Part shown: positions 58,738 to 64,000 of the stretch, piece after piece | Layout: each line of letters starts with the position of its first letter | Numbering within the stretch: the stretch's first letter is position 1 | NCBI GenBank assembly: GCA_963736575.1 | Contig: CAVTPD010000001.1 | Location: 156,941 to 220,940 of the forward strand | Source of the DNA: an uncultured Cytophagales bacterium | GTDB taxonomy: Bacteria > Bacteroidota > Bacteroidia > Cytophagales > JAAEPT01 | Reading direction: 5' to 3' | Length of the DNA: 64,000 bases | Made by a program: the position numbers and the translations under genes | The notes under the pieces: model-generated | Told to the model about the DNA's origin: nothing | The model's input: only the letters and a program-made list of their open reading frames with translations | The model's database searches: none

Positions 58738-59594
58738 ATGATCGCAGCGATGGAACTGGGGGGCACCAAGACGGTTGTCGCCATTGGGGAAAGTGACGGG
58801 ACTTTGGAGGAGGAATACCGCTTTCCAACGACAGGTCCGGAGGAAACATTCGAGACCGCCATTGAATGGTTTTCGTCGAAAGGAACTCCGGAGGCAATAG
58901 GCATCGCGGCATTCGGGCCGGTCCAGATCAATCCCAAAGCCACCAACTGGGGGGACATCCTGCCGACCCCAAAGCCGAACTGGAGCGGATTTTCAATCGT
59001 GAATCCGCTGCTCAAAGCGTTTCCCGGGGTAAAAATCACGCTGGAAACCGACGTGAATGCCGCATGCCTGGCCGAAGCCCGGATTGGGGCGGCTGCAGGT
59101 TTGGAAAACGTGGTATATATAACCATCGGCACCGGTATTGGTGCCGGAGTTCTCTGCGATGGACGTCTGGTCCATGGAGCGCTGCATCCGGAGTTCGGAC
59201 ACGTTCTCTTGCCTCGCAAGGAGGGCGATGATTTCAAAGGAACCTGCCCGTTCCACAATGACTGCCTGGAGGGAATGGCCTGCGGTCCGGCCATCGAGCA
59301 ACGCTGGGGCACCCCGGCGGGAAGCTGCCGCCCGATCACGAGGCATGGGAAACGGAGGCTTGGTATCTCGCGCACGGGATTCAGGCCCTGCTTGCGATCG
59401 CACCTCCGGAGAGAGTGGTCATCGGCGGCGGTGTCTCGCAGGCCCAGGGTCTTCATGAAAAAACCGAGGCTCTCGTCCGCAAACTCGCTGGAGGGTATTT
59501 CCCTGCGGCTGAGAATTCTCCCTACGTGGTTCCGCCGAAGTTCGATCAGGAAGCGGGTATCAGAGGCGCGTTGATGCTGACCGGCCTTACGTAA
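58738..59594 (+). pseudogene. ROK family sugar kinase (fructokinase/glucokinase-like), one frameshift as sequenced
   Basis: MELGGTKTVVA, TIGTGIGAGV and the zinc motif GHVLLPRKEGDDFKGTCPFHNDCLEG. After RWGTPAG the sense continues in another frame (PPDHEAWETEAWYLAHG...GIRGALMLTGLT*). Length is 857 nt, i.e. 3n-1. Confidence 0.8.
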
Positions 59595-60465
59595 TCGGCT
59601 CCACATCCACCTCCACGGTCAGGCTCTGGCCTCCTGCCCCAAGGGTGACTCCCCGGAGTGGACTCACGTCAGAGAAGTCACGCCCCCATGCTACGGTGAT
59701 GTGCCGCTCGCCCGGAAGGAGGTTGTTGGTCGGGTCCGCATCGACCCAGCCTGTTTCCTCTCCGCAAAAAACAGAAACCCATGCGTGTGATGCGTCGGCC
59801 CCGACGAGACGCTTCTGTCCCGGCGGCGGCAGTGTTTCCAGATAGCCACTCACATAGCGCGCAGGCAGTCCGAGAGATCGCAGGCAGGCGAGCATGAGGT
59901 GGGCGAAATCCTGGCAGACCCCGGCTTTTTTCTGCAGCACCTCGCTGACCGGTGTGGCGACATCGGTTGCGGTGGGGTTGAAGTCACACTCCGTGAAAAT
60001 TCTGCCCATAAAGGCATTCACAGCCTCAAGGATCGGTCGGCCCGGCGTGAAATCCGGTCTGGCGTAATCGGCGAATTCCTCGCCGAGCGGAACGATGGGT
60101 GAAGTGAACCGGAACGCTCCCGCCTCCGTGCTCGCATTCAGTTTGTCACCGCTTGCAGCCGTTCTGATAGATTCCCACGGGGGCGTCGCCGCAGCATCCG
60201 GGCGGGGGGTTGGGATCACTTCCACCAGGCTTCGCGCGGTGACCTCAAGCTCTCCATGTGCGCCCTCGCATTCGAAATAGGCGGTCACGTTTCCGTAAAC
60301 ATCGTTGTGCACACTGCGCCCGACCGGCTCGGGAGTGATTTCCAAAACATGCCATGGACAGCGTTGGCCGGGAAGGAAACGTGGGGCCAGTCGTGCGAGG
60401 TGATGGGAAACGGTGACCGCCCCTTCATACACATAACGCGTCCGGTGGATCAGGTGATATCGCAC
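59587..60465 (-). CDS. transglutaminase family protein
   Basis: 292-aa ORF with a bacterial transglutaminase-like N-domain and the core (GVCQDFAHLMLACLRSLGLPARYVSGY...HAWV...DPTN). It overlaps the convergent ROK gene by 8 nt. Confidence 0.8.
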   Translation of the reverse strand: MRYHLIHRTRYVYEGAVTVSHHLARLAPRFLPGQRCPWHVLEITPEPVGRSVHNDVYGNVTAYFECEGAHGELEVTARSLVEVIPTPRPDAAATPPWESIRTAASGDKLNASTEAGAFRFTSPIVPLGEEFADYARPDFTPGRPILEAVNAFMGRIFTECDFNPTATDVATPVSEVLQKKAGVCQDFAHLMLACLRSLGLPARYVSGYLETLPPPGQKRLVGADASHAWVSVFCGEETGWVDADPTNNLLPGERHITVAWGRDFSDVSPLRGVTLGAGGQSLTVEVDVEPIT

Positions 60466-60493
60466 GGCAAGGGTCTATTCCGCAGCGGGCCGC

Positions 60494-61030
60494 GTGTCCA
60501 ACATTACCGGAGTTGCATTTCGCTATGGCAGGATGTTCAGTGCCCGCCAAGCGATGAAAGGCTCTACCGTATTTCTCATTATCCTAGGTCTCGCCGTCGC
60601 TGCGATCGGGGCCTTGTTCACGGCTCTGATGTGGGGGAGTTATCAGCGTGCGGTGGATCAGCGCGAGTGGCCGCAGGTGGAGGCCTTGGTTCTCTCCTCT
60701 GATGTCGGTGAGTATCAGCACGACGAGTTTTCCCCACAGGAGTATCGGCTGGAAATACTATATGGGTATGAGTGGAAAGGGGAGGCGATGACAGGCGACC
60801 GTTTCTCCGCCAGAGGAAATGCCACTTCCAAAGACCGCTCCAAGATCGCCAGCCAAGCCAAAGAAGTTCCCGTCGGGAAAAAAACAAGCGCCTATGTTAA
60901 CCCGGATGATCCTTCATTCGCCATACTGAAGCCCGACTCAAAAGCCGCAGGTTACTCAATCTGGTTCCCGCTGCTCTTCGTGATAGGGGGTCTGGGGATT
61001 GCAGTGAAGGCAGTCAGGCGGACGGATTGA
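60494..61030 (+). CDS. DUF3592-like membrane protein
   Basis: 178-aa ORF with TM helix, beta-rich middle, TM helix. The pattern W..V.A.V....V resembles DUF3592 from memory. Confidence 0.5.
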   Translation: MSNITGVAFRYGRMFSARQAMKGSTVFLIILGLAVAAIGALFTALMWGSYQRAVDQREWPQVEALVLSSDVGEYQHDEFSPQEYRLEILYGYEWKGEAMTGDRFSARGNATSKDRSKIASQAKEVPVGKKTSAYVNPDDPSFAILKPDSKAAGYSIWFPLLFVIGGLGIAVKAVRRTD

Positions 61031-61056
61031 TGGTTTTCAAATGCTTCAGGAGAAGC

Positions 61057-61694
61057 TCAACAAATTCTTGAGAAGGTGTTTTGGAAGCAGGCCAAGACCT
61101 GCTCGATGGTAAATCGATCATACGGTTTATCTTCGTTGAAGGCGCGTATCACCCAATCGCGCCATGGCCAGATATCGCGGTGGGGATCTTTTTCGAAACC
61201 GAAAGTGTCCGCATACCTGGCAAGATCCAGCCAGACTGTCGCCCAACGCTCACCGTAGGCCGGGGAGGCCGGCAATCGGTCGACGACTTTTTCACGAGCC
61301 GCCTGAACGTCGACTTTCCATTCCGTTTCAAGCTCGGCAAGCTCGGGAACAGTCGGAGGAAGACCTGTCAGATCGAAGGTGACCCGCCGCAACCACTCAC
61401 CGGGTGTCGCTGGTGGGGATGGCGAAAAGCCCGCCTTTTCGATTCCGGAGAGAACGAATCTGTCGAAGGGAACTCGGGGCCAATCGGATTGTTTCAAATC
61501 CTGCGGCTCCCGCTCGACCGGTTTCTCAAATGCCCAATGCTCCTCCCACCGGCCTCCTTCACCCCGCCATGGCAGGAGGTGCAGTGTTTCAGAAAAATTG
61601 GCCGGACATCGCGATTGAAGTGGATTTTTTCCGCAGACAGTTTGGTGAGCACTGAAAGAACGATGGTCACGGCGAGTTGGATTACCCGTGGCAT
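61057..61694 (-). pseudogene. truncated PSCyt1-DUF1549 protein (N-terminal ~210 aa only, plus one frameshift)
   Basis: ORF 61494-61694 has the planctomycete cytochrome-c-like motif ([19 protein letters not shown]). ORF 61057-61497 has DUF1549-like sequence ([17 protein letters not shown]...[14 protein letters not shown]...[17 protein letters not shown]). Full-length family members are several-fold longer. Confidence 0.7.
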
Positions 61695-61830
61695 CGAGGG
61701 GCAGCCTTACACGGGAAAGGGCTCATGTCCTACAAGGTTTTACCGCGCGGAATTTTCACCATGGATACCTCGTGTTTTGGAGATTGGCGCAAGGCGGTGA
61801 TTTGTGCATGTTTCGCGGCAGTTCAGAGGT

Positions 61831-63120
61831 ATGAAGATTGTCACTTACAAGGACGCGCGGTATGCCGCGTTCGTTCGAAAACTACAACGCAGGGCGATCC
61901 CCGAAGATTCCGTTCGGGATCTCGTCGCGGATATCATTTCGAATGTCGCGGAAAATGGCGATGCGGCACTTGTGGAGCTGACTCATCGATTCGATGGGGC
62001 GAAGCTTTCAAAAAAAGACATTTTCATCAGCGAAAAGGAGTTTGAGGAAGCTCGTGACAGCGTCTCCGAGGCGACTCGCGAGGCAATCCGCCGCAGCCTG
62101 AAGAACATCAGGTTGTTCGCGAAAAAAAGCCTCCGGAAAGACTGGTCGGGGAAAAACGCCGAAGGAGCGACCGTTGGTGAGCGCTTCACACCGTTCGACC
62201 GAGTCGGTGTCTACGTTCCGGGTGGCAAGGCGCCGCTCGTTTCCACCGCGCTAATGACCGCCGGCTTCGCGCAGGCTGCCGGTGTCCCGGAAATTTTTGC
62301 CGCAACGCCATGCGGACCAGATGGAAAAGTGAACCCGGCGCTGCTTTACGCACTGGAACAAGCCGGCGTTACCGAAGCTGTGAAGATCGGCGGCGCGCAG
62401 GCGATTGCGGCCATGGCGCTTGGAACCAAGTCGATCGCACCGGTTGATCGAATCATCGGTCCGGGCAACCGATTCGTGGTTGAGGCAAAACGGCAGCTCG
62501 TTGGAGCGGTCTCGATCGATCTTCTTCCCGGCCCAAGTGAAATCCTCATCCTGGCCGACAACTCGGCAAAGCCAGCCTACATCGCGGCCGACTTGCTGGC
62601 GCAGGCCGAGCACGGTGGCGACAGCCTTGTCGGATTCATCACTACATCCGGAGCGCTTCTTTCAAAGGTGGAAGCCGAAATCGAGAAACAGATTTCGGCG
62701 CTCGGACGAGCGAAGATCATCAGGGAAGTGCTCAAAACCGGAACGTTTCTCCTGCAGGTGAAGTCACTGGAGGACGGCATCGATCTCGTCAACGCCTTCG
62801 CACCGGAACACGTTTCCCTGATCGTGAAAGAGGAGGAGGACGTTCTTGAAAAAATACGCACGGCGGGTGCGATCTATCTTGGAGCGGATTCCCCGGTCGC
62901 CGTAGGCGATTTTCTCGCCGGGCCGAGCCACACCCTGCCAACCGGCGGTGCGGGAAGATCCTTTTCCGGCCTTCGCGCGGATCATTTCCAGCGCCGGACC
63001 AGCATTGTGAAAATGGACAAGGACGCCGTTAGAAAGTCACTCCCCGTGATTGAAGAGTTCGCACGCCTTGAAGGTCTTGACGCGCACGGACTCTCGACAT
63101 CCATCCGCTTGAAAAGATGA
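61831..63120 (+). CDS. hisD: histidinol dehydrogenase
   Basis: VGVYVPGG.APLVST, IGGAQAIAA, GPGN.FV, AGPSE and AEHG motifs. The Met at 61831 (MKIVTYKD) is the likely start; the ORF opens at 61804. Confidence 0.95.
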   Translation: MKIVTYKDARYAAFVRKLQRRAIPEDSVRDLVADIISNVAENGDAALVELTHRFDGAKLSKKDIFISEKEFEEARDSVSEATREAIRRSLKNIRLFAKKSLRKDWSGKNAEGATVGERFTPFDRVGVYVPGGKAPLVSTALMTAGFAQAAGVPEIFAATPCGPDGKVNPALLYALEQAGVTEAVKIGGAQAIAAMALGTKSIAPVDRIIGPGNRFVVEAKRQLVGAVSIDLLPGPSEILILADNSAKPAYIAADLLAQAEHGGDSLVGFITTSGALLSKVEAEIEKQISALGRAKIIREVLKTGTFLLQVKSLEDGIDLVNAFAPEHVSLIVKEEEDVLEKIRTAGAIYLGADSPVAVGDFLAGPSHTLPTGGAGRSFSGLRADHFQRRTSIVKMDKDAVRKSLPVIEEFARLEGLDAHGLSTSIRLKR

Positions 63121-63728
63121 TGAACGATAGGGAATACTCACCCAAGCGCTTTGCAATCGCGAGCGTGGTCTGCCCATCGTGTCATGCGAAGGTTGAGCGT
63201 GATGTGCGCTGGTGTGGCACATGCGGCTTCACGGGTGCGAAGTCGCTGGAGATGTTCGGAGAGGATCCGCCACCCCTGTTGCCGATTCTCGATGTCGCCG
63301 ATTTATGGAATGCGAAGGAACAGAAAAGAATCGTTTCCGCCATTGGCGCTTTCAAGAAACGCTTCCCCCAGATCAACTGGCGGATTTGCGCCGTGACGCT
63401 GGGCCGCGAGGTCAATCTTTCCCTGTTTGGATTCTGGTTGATGAATGTATGTCCACTGACGGAAGGGGAGACTGCGGAGGACCGCGAGTGGACCGTGCTG
63501 CTTCTTATTGACGGAAATTCCGGGCGCGCTTCCGTCACCACCGGATACCGAGCGGAAGTTTGGCTCTCGGATGACATGTGGGACCGGGCTCTGGCGGAAA
63601 CGACAGATCGCTTCCGCCGTGGTGAGCCGGACAAAGCTGTGGTTGCCTTCCTACGCAAGGCCCGGGAGCAGATGGAAATCGCATGGCAACGCTCGCAAAA
63701 ACAAATCGAAACCCAGGAGGCGGTATGA
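63117..63728 (+). CDS. zinc-ribbon + TPM-like domain protein (hypothetical)
   Basis: 203-aa ORF with an N-terminal CPSC...CGTCG zinc ribbon and a TPM-like region (ILDVADLWNAKEQKRIVSAI...). Its start overlaps the hisD stop (ATGA). Confidence 0.4.
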   Translation: MMNDREYSPKRFAIASVVCPSCHAKVERDVRWCGTCGFTGAKSLEMFGEDPPPLLPILDVADLWNAKEQKRIVSAIGAFKKRFPQINWRICAVTLGREVNLSLFGFWLMNVCPLTEGETAEDREWTVLLLIDGNSGRASVTTGYRAEVWLSDDMWDRALAETTDRFRRGEPDKAVVAFLRKAREQMEIAWQRSQKQIETQEAV

Positions 63729-64000
63729 GACTCATCCTACTTCGCCTAGGTTTCTGCTTCCTGGTATCCGCGTTTGCAAGCGCCGCGGCGGATCAGGAAA
63801 CACGCAATGATTTCAAGTTCGGCGCCCGCCCGCCCGGCGATGTCTTTGATCCTGCGGGAATACTTATGCCCACCCAGCGGCAGGAAATCGCGGCCCCTCT
63901 GGCAATCGTTCGTGAAAACGAAAAAATCGATATCCTTGTCGTGATACTTCCTGAGATCGGCGACGCGCCCGCACGCTACGTTGCGGAAAATTTCCGGAAA
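63725..64000 (+). CDS. TPM domain-containing protein (YgcG-like), N-terminal part; continues past the window end
   Basis: Own translation from the ATG at 63725: MRLILLRLGFCFLVSAFASAAA (signal peptide) ...VFDPAGILMPTQRQEIAAPLAIVRENEKIDILVVILPEIGD, a TPM-phosphatase-like pattern. Its start overlaps the upstream stop. Confidence 0.5.
   Translation, partial: MRLILLRLGFCFLVSAFASAAADQETRNDFKFGARPPGDVFDPAGILMPTQRQEIAAPLAIVRENEKIDILVVILPEIGDAPARYVAENFRK

Overview
This is a chromosomal window of moderately high GC. It looks like a Verrucomicrobiota/PVC-type genome, based on a PSCyt1-DUF1549 gene fragment, FG-GAP/VCBS proteins and a GldG-DUF4340 ABC operon; this is inference from gene content only. 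I found no rRNA, tRNA, CRISPR array, integrase or transposase.

Most of the window is housekeeping:
- Protein and RNA handling: rlmI, prfC, a PgpH-like HD phosphohydrolase with ybeY, tig-clpP-clpX, tsaD.
- Replication and repair: polX, dnaX-ybaB.
- Biosynthesis: class I DAHP synthase, purU, proBA, thiH, hisD.
- Transport and envelope: sbtA/sbtB, an ABC-2/GldG/DUF4340 operon.
- A complete ureABCEFGD cluster.
- A STAS/PP2C partner-switching pair.

Two general caveats affect the annotation:
1. About 45-50 single-base frame disruptions (hand estimate) break about 25 genes. They are strongly clustered at 34.9-41.3 kb, 43.8-50.7 kb and 54.8-55.8 kb, while 7.6-20.4 kb has none. Nine of the ten sites I reconstructed by hand are +/-1 changes in short homopolymers. 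The encoded proteins otherwise look undecayed. I therefore label these genes pseudogene as sequenced, but I suspect assembly error more than real decay.
2. Two sharply different codon regimes coexist, with mixed versus almost exclusively C-ending third positions. One switch falls inside thiH.

The accessory-looking DNA worth a second look:
- The 4.3 kb between tig and purU. It holds a 12-unit, 21-nt phased repeat array with an adjacent AT-rich tract, a C-rich hypothetical gene, a nested palindrome and a low-GC ORF-poor stretch. It ends with a 189-nt duplication of the purU 3' end that brackets a MazF/PemK toxin-antitoxin pair and a 420-nt GC-rich, helix-dense, ORF-free segment.
- An ORF-free, extremely T-poor segment of about 0.76 kb, flanked by imperfect direct repeats, between a DUF5069-like gene and polX.
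- An A9 tract in dnaX, placed as in known gamma/tau recoding sites.
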